NCBI GenBank assembly: GCA_047288015.1
Contig: CM103826.1
Span: 3,789,510 to 3,853,509, forward strand
Origin: Mactra antiquata
Lineage: Eukaryota
Direction of reading: 5' to 3'
DNA: 64,000 nt
Below, piece by piece: positions 1 to 13,440 of the stretch (positions are counted from its first letter, which is position 1; the number at the start of each line of letters is the position of its first letter). A program made the translations under genes and the position numbers. A model generated the notes under the pieces. It was given only the letters and a program-made list of their open reading frames with translations. It was not told where the DNA came from and did not search any database.

Positions 1-299
1 ACAAAAGCTGTAAACTAAAGTCATACGTAAGATTATCTATTTGCAAGGGCGATTGATTTCAGATGAAAACAAAGACCGATGTAGGTAAAGCCTTAGCTTT
101 ATATGATAACTTGCTATCAACTGGGAACCAGAAAGTGGATTCGAATATGATTAATATGATAACGAATGAAAGAACTTGCAGAATACCCTTGAGTATGTAT
201 GAATCTGTTTTGTAACCTTGCATATTGTAAACAATACGAATACACGGACATTCCACCAGAGTAAAATAGTATAACGTAGTTTTTTCTTAATTAAATTTT

Positions 300-2700
300 A
301 ACCATACCACATTATGCATTCCATCCAAAAAAGGAGACCTTGTGAACCACCGAACTGCGATAATGCGTAGTAAACTCACATAGTTTTCTAACATTCATTT
401 CGAATGCAAGCATTAAACATTGATAAGGCAATATTTGTTTCTTTTACACATTGTATATTTAGTTTCCTATTATTATATCGGTTAATATGAAATATCAAAT
501 CGAAACATGCTATTTCCCATGATAATGGTATGGAATTACACGATATTGCCATACGTATTGTCATGTTATGTAACTTGGAATAGACAAAATATCAAATATT
601 TTTCAAATGTGTTTTGTTCCCACTTAACGTGGTATTTCATTTCATGCCATTAACTGCAACTTTAATTACATCCATTTCATGTTAAATGACATTAAAACCT
701 GATTAAGGAACACATCCTTGCTTCACTAAACAAATACTGTTTCGGATTTACTTGCTGAATCATAAAGGTTTTAATGTTCCCTGGTCATAAAGACAATTAA
801 TAAGCTCTGTTGTGCGAAAAAGGAAATTGCTACTATCTAAGAGCTGACATGACCTCTAGCGTAATTGAACAGTCGGCTTTCAATAATAGGCCCTGTATTC
901 ACTGTTTCAAATACTGAAAACGATTTAATTATCTTCCGTAAATGTCAAAAACCGGTTCGTTTATTTTACGACCCTAAGAATACAATAAAGGTTGAAAAGT
1001 GTTGTCTTCCTTTTTCTCCATGTCTTAAGAAACACTGTCAGTCTTTGTTAAAAATTGAAACTAGACACATAATTGTTAGTGACTAATTTAATATGATTCA
1101 TAGACACTGGGTATTAATGAAAAGATGTACACCCGCCTGGCTAGCTCAGTCGGTAGCGCGCAATTCTATAGATCGAGGGGTCGTTGGTTCGATCCCCGGG
1201 CGAGGCATTCTTTCGTGGAGCTTGGTCATGAAATTATTTCTACGGCCATTCTCTCTCATACCACCGATTCTAAATCATGTAGGGCAGTTGTCGGTCACTG
1301 ACGGAAGTATGCGCCTAGTAAACAGCTAAATCCAGATATTTAGCCTTTCCAGGAACGGTGAGAAGGTTGACTGACCGCCGTGATATTACTCATACAATCT
1401 GTTAAAACTGGCGTTAAACCCAAAACAAAACAAAATAAACAAAAACAAAATGAAAACATGTGTTGGAGAACCAGTAAGCAAATATACGTTTGTAATATTA
1501 GCCTGATATGGCTTTGTTAGTGAAAATAAATGCCAATGGAGTAATATTTTAGTGTCGTGATGCACAAACAGAATCAAGCGAGTAGTGTTTTACCAATTGT
1601 TATCGTCTGAAGATGACATTTCAAATGGTCGTTTTTAGACTTTATTCTTTTAGTATACGAAACAAGCCAAACATAAATTTAGGAAGTGCATACTGCTTAA
1701 GTATTCGTTTTGATCAATGAATGTTTTACTAAGTTATTTTCTTAGTTTATTTGGCATCCATCTAATGCAGATTGCATGTTTAGGATATATCAAAATAGAA
1801 TTCCACGCCTTCTCCAATATTAGTTCATAATAATGCACTAGATATACAAATACATATTTATTAGTATATGTGATGTAGGTAAACCTCATGATATATCCTA
1901 TACATGATTCTTGAATGGACTAATCAATACATGTACATGTATAAGAACGGTTTGAAAACGAACGCCAAATGAACCATTAGTATAAAAAATACCCGTTTGA
2001 AATTATTCGATCGTTGAATTCATCAGACAAGAATATTTACTTTATGAATGTCTGCCAATAGAATGTAATTTATGCCAGTTAGATTTTCTCAAGAGTCGAT
2101 CATTTCGACAAAGACATTTAGTCGACAGACATATTGCCTCCAGCTTATCGTGTGCACGGCATTATGTCAATTCGATTACGTCTTTTCTGACTATTAAATA
2201 AAGATATATATGACCAAACTGAATTAAAAAGGATTTGTTAGATTGTATATTAGAACAAATTGTAAGTAAAAATCATGCATTGTCTATTACGATGGTACTA
2301 AACAAAGTCAAATGTGTGTGTAACTATTACTTGTGAGTACATTCTCACAACACAATCACAGGACACAAGACTAGTTAGAGAAGATGTTATTTCTATGATT
2401 CTAATTTCCATTTTTGGAGGATCTAATATTTTAAATGGTTCAAATCTAACGCCAAAATTTAGGATGCTAGTGATATGTACTGTGGAACAATAAGATATTC
2501 GGACCACCATATTCCTCCACATGATCCATTCTAGGGTTATTAAAGTTGAAGGAAAATAATGTGATACCCTCTCCAACATCCAACAAATTCAGAAATATTT
2601 TTTCACAATTTCTAACCGACTACCCACTGAATATTCATTATGAATGACATTTCCGTACAAAAGTGAATCAATGTAGTTTTTTAAATACTGTTTTGTAATA
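300..2700. repeat. Array unit segment paralogous to 8690-10800 (about 8.4 kb periodicity), at roughly 65-80% identity.
   Basis: Colinear matches include TTAACTGCAACTTTAATTAC (650 and 8950), CCAGTTAGA(T/A)T(T/A)TCT(C/T)..GAGTCGA (2075 and 10365) and ACTAGTTAGAGAAG(A/G)TG (2370 and 10720). Confidence 0.75.
1133..1425 (+). mobile_element. tRNA-derived SINE, family A (head GCC(T/C)GGCTAGCTCAGTCGGTAGCGC...GGTTCGAT(C/T)CCCGGGCG), full length.
   Basis: tRNA-like head with A and B boxes, a central domain (ATGAAATAATTTCTACGGCCATTCTC...CAGTCACTGACGGAAGTATGCGCCTAGTAAC) and the shared 3' module ...GACCGCCGTGATATGACC...GGCGTTAAACCC. There are at least 12 copies in the window. Confidence 0.85.
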
Positions 2701-3227
2701 AAATTAAATGTATTTCTTAAGGTGATTGGTGGTTTCTTAGATTACATAGCGTAGGATTTCGGATTATTTTATCTGATTGGTATAGATATTTTACAAGAAA
2801 GTCTGATAAAATCTTTTTAAAAGAGCAACAAAAATAAATCACAAATAATGCCAAGTGATAAGCTGAAGAGAAAATGTTGACTGTTCAGAGAGTTTTATTT
2901 ATAAATATCAAGGGGGAATTGCTTTTCCATTTGCTTTATACTAGAGTTAGATGTACATTTTGTCACACTTTATGTATTCTTTCCGTTTGCAAATTAAAAT
3001 TACAATTTAATTAAATTAGAATTGTACGTGATAGCGCATATTGAGCGTAAGTCATACCCGCTTATTCGATCTACAATGCTTTTAGATTTATTCAATATGA
3101 ATAGATTAACTACTCAATATTTGCATCTTCTAATTTGTCATATATTTTATCACAATTTTTATTCGTCTGACAAAATGAAATCATTCGGGAAAATGAGTTT
3201 GCCTTTAAATTACCGTTGTCAATAGAA

Positions 3228-3252
3228 TATCTTTTTTTTTTTTTTTTTTTTT
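3228..3252. repeat. Poly(T) of about 25 bp. It is the A-rich tail side of the family B SINE at 3253-3470.
   Basis: Homopolymer. Confidence 0.9.
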
Positions 3253-3470
3253 AAATGGGTTTAACGTCGTATTCAACACATGTTTGGGTCATATATACGA
3301 CGGCCAGCTCTCCCTACTATAGGTTTCCTGGACACTTCTATCACCAGTACTAACTTACCCTACCAGAGGCCGACAACTCATGTATAGGGTATGACCTACC
3401 GCGACCGGGCTCGAACCCGGATCTCCGGATTCGAAGTCAGACATGCTAACCACTACGCCACGGCCGCGGC
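3253..3470 (-). mobile_element. tRNA-derived SINE, family B (head GCCGCGGCCGTGGCGCAGTGGTAGAGCG...GGTTCGA(G/T)CCCGGTCGCGG).
   Basis: Reverse-complement copy with 3' module ...GAGCTGGCCGTCGTATATATGACCCAAACATGTGTTGAATACGACGTTAAACCC. A poly-T tract (3228-3252) is adjacent. Confidence 0.8.
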
Positions 3471-3859
3471 TCAATAGAATATCAATGCCGTCTTATAATA
3501 AACTATGATACACGAATGAAGATATTATTGTTGCATCATCACGCAACAAACACCAACAACATACAGATATTCTGTTGTTGAAAAAGACAACACACTGATA
3601 ATGATTTTACTTAATTACAATAGGGCACAGCATGATAATACAATTATAATAAATGAACTGGCCACAAGAAATACTGTTTTTATATACTGCTGCTATAAAC
3701 AGCTAAATACAATATTATCATACTTCTTTTTCACCAAACAAATAATACTGATGGTGTTCCTAGACATGTATTCCTTTGACTCCGGTAAATATACATATAT
3801 ATTGATTTACATAAGGTATAATAAAAGAGCATGACCTCAGCAAATACCGTCTGTCACTT

Positions 3860-6400
3860 TGCTGTCAGTGGAACCACATCATTATTTCTGTGGTAATTAT
3901 ATTAACAATCTCTTTGAAAACCGGTATCAATTTTCGACAAACAGCGTCTGTATTTAAACAGGATTAATGTAAACAATGTTTCCATAGCCAATACAATTGA
4001 TTTACTCATAGAATGTGTGATCTTAAATTATAAAACTTTCCATATGTAAAGACTTATGGAATTTTATTTAGAATTCACGAAGAACCAGAGACGACCTCAT
4101 GTGTCTATAAATGGTTGGACTGTCGCTAGCGATTAGCTCCGTTGTTACAGAATGCATTTCAGTGCTTATTATCTTTGCATAAAGTGAACAATCTGCGTTT
4201 TGAATGGCTGTTACATAATTTCATGCATTGGTACACAATAGTGTTCATGGTTTTACATGTACATCTTTGTTGTCATGGACCAATGGAAGCAGATGAGTAA
4301 CGCCACATTATGTTATTTCGGGTAAATACCCTACAGAAAACAGAATCGCCAAATTATCAATTTTCCTTGATGGCTTCATGACGTTTAAAGTTTTGGGATA
4401 GTAATTATGCATAATTAAAGCAGCTGTTGGATTTAGAGATCGAATCCCACAAGGAGCATTGCTTATTTCATTAATGTACATTTAATTTCTTTACTGTACC
4501 CAAGTGTAAATAGGTAAATACAAGGGTTCTATAATTACGTTGCACCGTTTGTAGGCTGCAAACAGACTAAGTTTAATACTCCTTCAGGAGTATACTCCTA
4601 CCGCTGGAGGCCAGTTGTAAACTACAGGCAACGGTATGTGCTTAGTACTGGGTAAAAGGTGGGTCAAGAGATCCAAGCCTTTCCAGGGACAGTGAGTAGG
4701 CTTGACCGCCGCGAAATGACTCAAACAACAGCGGCGAAAAGGGCCATAAAACCAAACCGATAAAAAAGTGTTAGAAATATTTTCCTTCAGCAATAATCGT
4801 TTGAAATGAAACCCATCTCTTGCAAATATCCCTGTAAATTAACACATGGCCATAAGTCTCAACGTTACAGATTACTTCACCCGTGACAAAAGTTTTGTTT
4901 AAAACTTACCTTTATTCCCTTTGAATATTACACAATCGTGTCATGTCAATCACTTCATTTATTTCATGCAACAAACAAATATCCGTTATACTATATAATA
5001 AGAAATATGTCATTCAATGTCCACAATCAGTCAGTCACATACAATACAAATAATCGTGCTTTTATCTTTTTACCCACATATTGGTTATTTCACTGAACAG
5101 AAATTACAGACAAGATCGTAAAAAACACCGTAAAATATTGTAGAGTGGTCAAACATGCTGATTCTTCAGAGATATGTCAGTCATACTGTTCTACTAAGAA
5201 ACGCCTTGTTGTGATTTTTATTCCACTGTCTTGTAGTCATACACTGAGTAAAGTATTGGAAACAGATAAATGAAGTGTCTGATGTGGATAATTTTCAAAT
5301 ATAGTCAATGCATCTCATGCTTATATCAGTAGTGTGTTTGATATATGTGATTATTGTGACGATGTGGGTGCTTCAAGATGGGTATGGTTTAGGTAAGTCT
5401 CAAAAGCAGCTTTCTTCCAGACGCTTCATATGAAGGTATGGGCTTGATTTTAAAATTGGTCGCGGCAAATTTAATTCAGGTTCCAAGAAACTATATAGTA
5501 AAATGGTCTGCGTGTGCAAACTTTGGTGTGAAATTGTGAAACATTTTTCTATATATAAGTATTGTTTCCTTCCGTCTGAAACTGTTACAAGAGTCACATA
5601 CTTCCTAGATGATTTAGTTTAAAGTTATATATAGATATAGAAGAATGGTTTAAGACCATTAAAATATGTAAAATAGACAATTCTTATCACTGTCAGAGCA
5701 TCGATGATTCAGTTATCTTTTAAAGCAATCAGGGACATTTCTAGAGCAATTTGAATATAATTTCCCTTATTTTACATTTCGAAATTTAAATGCAAATGGA
5801 ATTTGAATAAATTGTTCTCAACAACATGCGAGAACTATACAACCTTACTCCCCGATCACCTTGATCAAGCGACGACCGGATAACAAAGATTATTCGTTAT
5901 GTTATGTCCCATTTACATGTTTTCACTACATAATTATTCTGAATATAGTGTGCACGCAAGGTCTGCGCTTGAAACATTCGCTAGTTGGTCGTTGTATACA
6001 TAATATGTTGTATAAACAACGAATTGAAGTATTGTGTTCAATAAATACATCAATCACTTCATTCAATAAACATTATGAGGCGGTATATTAATATCGAGTA
6101 CTAGTCATGCATTTTAGAAGACCACAACGCAAATTTTCAAACGTGTAATGTCGGTCTCAATTATTCTAGGAAACCTGACTTTTTAAATTGACATGGTATC
6201 ACTAATTTGATTTAATACAGAGAAATAAAACGAAATTGAATATCTGCGAATGTCACAACCATTCCTTCGACGTCGATTTAATTTGCACAACCATTATTTA
6301 AATTACCAAACAAAACGACATGTCAAGGCCGTATCTATTAATTCTAAAATATTTGTGACTGAATCATTTATGTATAAGAGGCATGTTGTTTGCTTCAATA
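3860..6400. repeat. Array unit segment paralogous to 13140-15560. The sub-blocks also recur at 21840-22950.
   Basis: Colinear anchors are CAATCTCTTTGAAAA..G.ATCAATTTTC.A.AAACAGCGTCTGT (3905 and 13190), CAATGTCCACAATCAGT.AGTCACATACA (5020, 14200 and 22195), TCAGTCATACTGTTCTACTAAGAAA (5175 and 14360) and GATTGAATCATT (6360, 15520 and 22930). Confidence 0.75.
4595..4750 (+). mobile_element. SINE subfamily A2 (related to 48041-48300), 5'-truncated.
   Basis: GGTATGTGCTTAGTACTGGGTAAAAGGTGGGTCAAGAGATCCAAGCCTTTCCAGGGACAGTGAGTAGGCTTGACCGCCGCGAAATGAC matches the subfamily 3' half. Confidence 0.65.
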
Positions 6401-7654
6401 TAGATGAGCAATTACGTCTTGTGTGATACTTGTCAATCATTGTGCGCGTGAAATATTCGCTGAATGGGTTTAAACAAATCACAAAACACTATTTTAACTA
6501 GTATGTGTTGTATTTTCACAGACAGTATCCGAGTGACATTGCATATAGAGAAGAAGCAAGAATTCTGTATAATTTGAGATTCCTCAGGTCAGAACTAATG
6601 CAAAACCTCAGATATGTATATATAACTAAACCATACGTACATGTAACCTATTCTCTAAAACCAAAATCCCGCCACAATTAGGAGCGTATCTAAACTCCGT
6701 TGTTTAATTAATTTGTATTCTAATGAAGTTCAATGCTGACGATTGCATTCGTATGATATACGTTAAAAATGTTTTTACCTTTGATATGCATTTTATTTGT
6801 ATCCACTAAGCTTCTCAAACAGATCAGAAATATAAATATGCATGGACAATTATCAAATCGGAAAAAATGAAAGTCATTTGAAACAATCACGGACAGATTG
6901 ATTGTGTTCAATAAGTTAAGATTCTGTTCAAATTTTTGTCCTCGATTCATTTTCCAAAGTATATGTAATGCTATTATGAATAATATTTCAAGACCAGTTG
7001 CGTACTTGAAAACAATTTATGTGTTTTCTCATAGGTATGACTCTCTGAGGAGGAATGCACGAAAATAAAGAAATTAAAGAAGTCAGTGTTTATATTATCA
7101 TACTATTGTAATAAAGGTCATTAAATAAACAGCACCTTTGTCCATTCGGAGCCACGGTATATTGGTAACCAAGCGAATTTATTATTGACTTCCCCTTATC
7201 AAAGTCATGAATGCTCGGCTTATCACGAAGACATTGAACTAGTGCATTAATTGACTTATTTTCAGAATAACAGTCACATGTATTATCAACTGCAAAGAAT
7301 ACCTTTAGTTAGTTTGGATAAAAGATGCCTCAATATTCGAGGACGTTAACATTGTTCACATTTCCGTATGTTTTGTCAATAACCTCTGGGACATAATCTG
7401 AAGTGATAGCAAACACGTTTAAGATGCAATATATACGTCTGCTTGGTTAAGTAATGACATAAATCTTTGGTCTAGATAAGTAAAAATATATGAGAAATTA
7501 CGTTGATTGCATTCTCTCGTAATAAAACTGTGCTGACGGCAAATTCGTTTCTGTCACATAATTTTGTCAAGTGTGTTTTCCAGTAGCAATGCGCAATAAT
7601 AAAGTCAAACACTCTATTACCTTTTTCTTTTTCAATATACAGCTCTTACATGTC

Positions 7655-7900
7655 CGCCGGGCAAGCACAGTCGGTTTGCACGTATGCCTACCGGTTCTTA
7701 GATCACGGGTTAGATTCGGTACCTACATACCTTCATGAAGTTTGGACACGAAATACTTCCTACGATCATTCTCACTCATACGGCTGTATCAAGTAAAGGA
7801 AATTTGTCAGCCGCTTGCGAATGTATGTGCTAAGTCCTGGAAAAGAGCTTGGGTCTAGAGGTCTAAACCGCTCCAGGCACTGTGAATAAGATATGACGGA
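7655..7900 (+). mobile_element. SINE subfamily A2.
   Basis: Similar to the copy at 48041, with the motifs ...TACGATCATTCTCACTCATACGGCTGTATCAAGT...GTATGTGCTAAGTCCTGGAAAAGAGCTTGGGTCTAGAGGTCTAAACCGCTCCAGGCACTGTGAATAAGATATGAC. Confidence 0.65.
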
Positions 7901-10900
7901 AACATAAAAATATTACCAAAATTTGAAGAATAAAACTGGTAACTACTGTCCGTTCATATTGAATATTATATAATTCTTGCGAGAGTGATTGATTTAATAT
8001 GAGCACAATCGACATCACAGACAAGAGTTGCTGTCCATCTAAAAGCATATTTTGATTATCAAATGGCAATGTCAGGGGATTTTAGACGGATACGCTGACA
8101 AATATAAGTCGAGTCTAAACTTAGCCCGAGTATAAAAACTTCCCAAAGAACTGGGGAACCAAGAAGTGGATTTGCGAGCGCTTAATCTACGTTGAAAGAA
8201 CTTGTTATAATTACTTGATAATTTTGATATCTGTTTATTTAGGTTTACGCCGTTTATCAACAGTTTTAATTGTTGGTTATTTACGGCGGTCGGCTTAATT
8301 AACCAGCTTTCCTGAAAATATCGTTTACCAGTACTCACTTTCTCTTCCACAAGGAATCGTCAACTCCTCAATTTACGAAAGAAAATCGGCATATTTTTCC
8401 AAGTTTCATGGAAATACACTGTATATCACCTGCAGCGAATTGAGAATCGAACCCGGATCGCCGGAATTGAAGTAGAGCTTGTTCCACTGAACCACTATTG
8501 TGGCTTTTTGTTTTTGAGTTGAGTGAATTAAACGTTACCTATTTTATAAATACGAAAACTATGGACAAGACACTGCGTGCCTTAATATTGCCTTTTATTG
8601 ATTTTTAAGAGAACACATTGGTTATTTATTCGACAATGCGAAATAAACAATGCTGTGTGTGACACAGCAAGAGTTAAATTAAAATGTTTTCTATTATACA
8701 TTTGATATGCAACTATACAATATTGATAAGGAAAATCTAGTCACTATTCTCATACATTGTATATTTATTTCCCTAGAGTATTTCGATTTCTATGTGAATT
8801 ATAAAATGGATTTATGTTTTATCCCATGAGAACGAAAGGCATTCGATAATATTGCCATTCGTATTGTCCTGTAATTGATTATGAAAAGACAATATTAAAT
8901 TAATTTCTAATGTGTTTTCGTCCCACAACATGGAATACTATTACAGACCATTAACTGCAACTTTAATTACTACCATATAATGTGAAATCGTGCATTACAA
9001 TAAACTGATTAATAGGCAAACTATATGTTTGAGTAAATGTATTTTATTCTAGCGTTACTGAAAACATACATGCTGCTTCAGATTTACATACTTGCTTTAG
9101 TTGTATTCAATAATCTGCCCAGTATTCACTGGTTCGAATGCTGAATATAGTGTTGTCTGAAATAAATATAAACCACTAGTCCATTTGCAAAGACAAAGAC
9201 AATAATCATTGACACGCATTGTTTTAATTTACATATTGTCTTCTATTTCCATGAAGTTCCATGAAGAAACCTCGTCTGTCATAGTAAGTACAGAAAAAAA
9301 CTAGACTTGCAAATATAAACATTATGAATCATAGACATCAGGCATTAATGGAAATAGATTTAGGAGAAGCAATAGGCTTAATCAAATCTACTACTTAAAA
9401 TAGTATGACAATGACAAAATGTTTAGGTATCGAGTTGCAAAAATCAACATTTAGCGCATCTTTTCCAAATTGAAATCGTCTCCAGTTGACAAAATAGATT
9501 TCTTCACGACTTTATTCTCATCTTATTTGATACAATTTCAACATTAAATTAGAAAGCTTGAGACTTCATTTTGATTATCGACATGTTATTCTGTGGTTAA
9601 TTTGGTATTCATGCAATGCCGACTGCACGAATACAGAAATAGAATGCTACGTTCGTCAGCTACTATGCCCACTCCAATACTAATTAATAAAATGGTACCA
9701 ATTTTACAAATTTATACATAATGTATTTGTGAGAGTACAGTATCCTTACCAGTGATGTCACGTCTATTTATCTGCTTGTTCGTATAAGTCAGCAATTTAA
9801 TTATCCATATTACAAATGTCAGTGGTCTAGTTACTAGCGCCCACTCTTGGTATTAGACTAACGAGGTTTCTAATTAGCTAGAATTTGAGACGGTATTTTA
9901 CACAGTTTTGATATTTTTGTCCGTATATGTATCACTCAAATGAAATAATTGCCCTAATTGATCATTTTCAACGCCAATTATAATTTATCCTACATATTTA
10001 GATGGCGAAGAATGGTATATGAATTATGCTCCCAGAAGGGCAAATGGTGCTGTATGATTGAGTGAGTGAATCGGTGATCGGTCGGATGAGTGGTGCGTAT
10101 ATGAATAATGGGGTACGTAAGTATTTGAATAAAGGAATAAAATTGAAGATCTAGTAATTGAGTTAGTGAGTGAGTTTTTAAATAGAAGGGTAAGTGAGTG
10201 ATTTATCCCATAAACCTTTTTTCAATGAACTAATCAATACTTCTTGCACAGTTTGAAATCAATTTCAAATGAACCAGTTGTATAGAATAAAATTAAAATT
10301 ATTCGACCATCGAATTCATCAAACATGTATATTCACATTATGAGTGTTTGTCAACAGAATATGATTTATGCCAGTTAGAATATCTTTTGAGTCGACCATT
10401 CCCACATATAACGTTCCTTTAACAGACATATTGTCTCCAGCTCATCGTGTTTACAAGTCGATAACGTCTTATAGACTAGTAAAGGAATAATGAATAAAAC
10501 CAAACTAAGCATGAAGTTGTTTGAAACCATCTTCTGGAAAACATTGAATGTATTGTTAATGGTGGTGAAACTAAAGAAAGTCTAACATTAGTATAACAAT
10601 TACTTGTTGTCTACTACTTGACGCAGTATGCCTATAGCAACATGTTTATGAGTCAAGTTGGAAATAAAAACATGAACATTCTCACAAAATAACTACACGT
10701 ATTAACAAATACTAGTTAGAGAAGGTGCAATTTACAGCTACTAGTATTTAACTTAAGCAAGATATAGTGATGTAGCAATTTCTCATTTTTCTACGATGGT
10801 TTTTTATGAAATATTTATCTTTGTGTTCGAGTAGTACAATGATAGCGATATGCGGCATTATGAACGGTATAAAGACTGGGTTATAATATAAAATTTACAG

Positions 10901-12644
10901 ACCGCGACGTTCGAGTACGAACTAGGTTATCACTATGAAACGTACATATGAATACATTAACAACAATACGCGCGTACAGCTAGCGTGTACATCAGTCCCT
11001 GCATTTACATCATATCTATTTCAATTTCCTGAATGATAATAATCATTGCCACCGATAAATGAGTGCCAGGTACACAAATGATATGCGCTAAACTGAACCC
11101 ATACGCACTAATAAATTCAAATACATTTCAATATTATAGAGCTTACATATGCGGCTCCAAATTTAGTGGGGTGTTTAAACAATTATTGTCTAACAAAATC
11201 ATTGAAGATGCCATTTCAAACGCGTTTCCATATATTTTGAATAAGGCCAGGTTTCTGGACTATTTGATTCCTCCGATTGATCAGCCTTTAGGTTTGAAAA
11301 TTTGGAGTTAAATATTGTAACACATTCTCCGACATCAAACAATTGTTTTTTTTTTGAAGACTTACCGGCCATAGCATTAAATGTGTTATAAATATGGAAT
11401 TCCGAAACCACGTTATTTTTTTTCATAAACGTTTTGGTAACATGTATGAAAATGACTTCCTAAAGGTAATTGATGGTTACGTTTATCCAATTACGGATCA
11501 GAATTACAAATTATGTCTATCTAATTACCATATGCATTATGCAAAAGAGATTAGTGTAACTGTTTATAACATCTATGACATAGTTAATGAAATATATCTA
11601 GCAACATTTTCTTTCCAAAAGTTTTTCTATATCAAAACTTACAATTCCATAATCTTCATTAAGCCATGTTGAAATTTCGATAATGTTTTGTTTTTTTTTT
11701 CAATGTATAACTTAAGTACATTCAACTAGAAAAGAAATCAAATGAACTTCTTTGCTCTAGAAATTTCTATATACGCGTATTTATACAAAATAATTGTATT
11801 GCACTCTAGATCGATCCTCAATTCATCTGCAAGTCAACTTTACAAGTTATTTAAATTGTCAATGTACGTGACAGAGCATTATTTATTGAGTGTAAATTAT
11901 TTTCCGGGAATCCGATTACCAATTATTTTCGATGAGTATAATATGACAAGACAAACTAATCAATATTGATGTAAATATGTGCTAAACTAGCTTTTTCATA
12001 AACTTCATAAAACATACTGAAATCATTAGCAAACATTTAACAAATCGTAAAAATATCGTATATAGTGAATAGAATATTCCTCCATTTTATTGCTTAAAAT
12101 ATCTAATATTTTACGAAATAAGACACTATTTGAATGATAATACACTAGCAGAGGAATCCCCAGAATAACATACATATATTATATGTAGATAATCAAAGGA
12201 AACAAAGTGCACAATGTACACGTTATATTCGTTCAATTGTTCTCAAACATTTGTGAAATATACTAAAATGTATTACTCTAAACAAATACCGTATTTCATA
12301 TCACGGTAAACATGGTTGAAGTTGTCCCTGACGTAAAGTAAAAAATTCCATTTTCCATACGTATCAGTTTTTGACTGCACAAGAAATCTTATCAACAATA
12401 GCATTTTGTTCTAAAATATGGAGGAGAAACGAGTGGAGATATTATTTTCTGGGCTATTGAGATGAAATTTAAAATATTCCAACAGGTATATCAAACGCAA
12501 TTATATTGTGACGCCATATTCCTTCCACACCTTTGCAGATACTTTTTAAGATTTCTAAATATTGATCGTATAAACATTGCATACCACGACGTTCATGATA
12601 AAGCATTTATCCACTACCTTTACTTAATCTGGTTTGTTTGTTTT

Positions 12645-12670
12645 TTTTGGGGGGGGGGGGTTTGGGGGGG
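12645..12670. repeat. Poly(G)/T tract (T8 G11 TTT G7) at the 3' tail of the SINE at 12668-12962.
   Basis: Direct reading. Confidence 0.9.
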
Positions 12671-12962
12671 TTAACGCCGTAGCAACACATTGTATAGGTC
12701 ATATCACGGCGGTCAGTCAACCTACTCACCGTTACTAGAAAGGCTTAATCTCTGGATTAAGCTGTTAACCAGTTACTAGGCGCATACTACCGTCAGTGAC
12801 TGACAACTGCTCTACATGATTTAGAATCAGTGGTAGGAGGGAGAATGGCCGTAAAAATTATATCATGACCAAGCTCCACCAAAGTATGCTTCGCCCGGGA
12901 ATCGAACCCACGACCCCTCGATCAGTAGACTCGTGCGCTACCGACTGAGCCAGCCGGGCAGG
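12668..12962 (-). mobile_element. SINE family A, full length.
   Basis: Reverse complement of the family A consensus. A poly-G/T tract is adjacent at 12645-12670. Confidence 0.85.
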
Positions 12963-13354
12963 TTACTTATTCTGAAAGTGAATACATTTTTTAAGAAACA
13001 ATGTTATAATAGTTTGTTTATCTCCCGCCAAATAATAATTGTGATGCTTGTAGCCAAGCGTTCTTTGTACTTCAATAGCCATATTTATTGGTCTAAATAA
13101 AGCACACCAAATGAGCATGAGATAAGCAAATACTGCCTGTCATTATGTTGACAGAGAAAATGCATAAACTTATTATCTTGTAATTCTATCAACAATCTCT
13201 TTGAAAATTAGAATCAATTTTCAATCAAACAGCGTCTGTCTTTAAACAAGTTTCAGTGCAAAATCGTTTTCAAAGCGGAAATAATTGATTTACGCACAAT
13301 ATATGAACTTTGAAAAATTTTAAAATTATAAAATTATGTATGTGTATAGAACTA

Positions 13355-13440
13355 TGTTGGGAATTAGTGAACGACTACCGATAACCTTATGGTTCAGAAA
13401 TATATTGGGAATTTGTGAACGACTACCGACAACCTTAGTA
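13355..13440. repeat. Roughly 45-bp tandem duplication (TTGGGAATT(A/T)GTGAACGACTACCGA(T/C)AACCTTA).
   Basis: Direct reading. Confidence 0.75.

Noticed and set aside
1135-1210. tRNA-like sequences here and at more than 30 other sites, which could be called tRNA genes.
   Set aside because: Each is followed by a conserved SINE body and the shared 3' tail. Acceptor, anticodon and T stems are imperfect. Copy number and truncated variants fit SINE heads, not functional tRNAs.
8430-8510. Minus-strand tRNA-like sequence GCCACAATAGTGGTTCAGTGGAACAAGCTC...GGTTCGATTCTCAATTCGCTGCA.
   Set aside because: The D and T stems do not pair canonically and there is no clear anticodon arm. It is probably a decayed SINE head or tRNA pseudogene.
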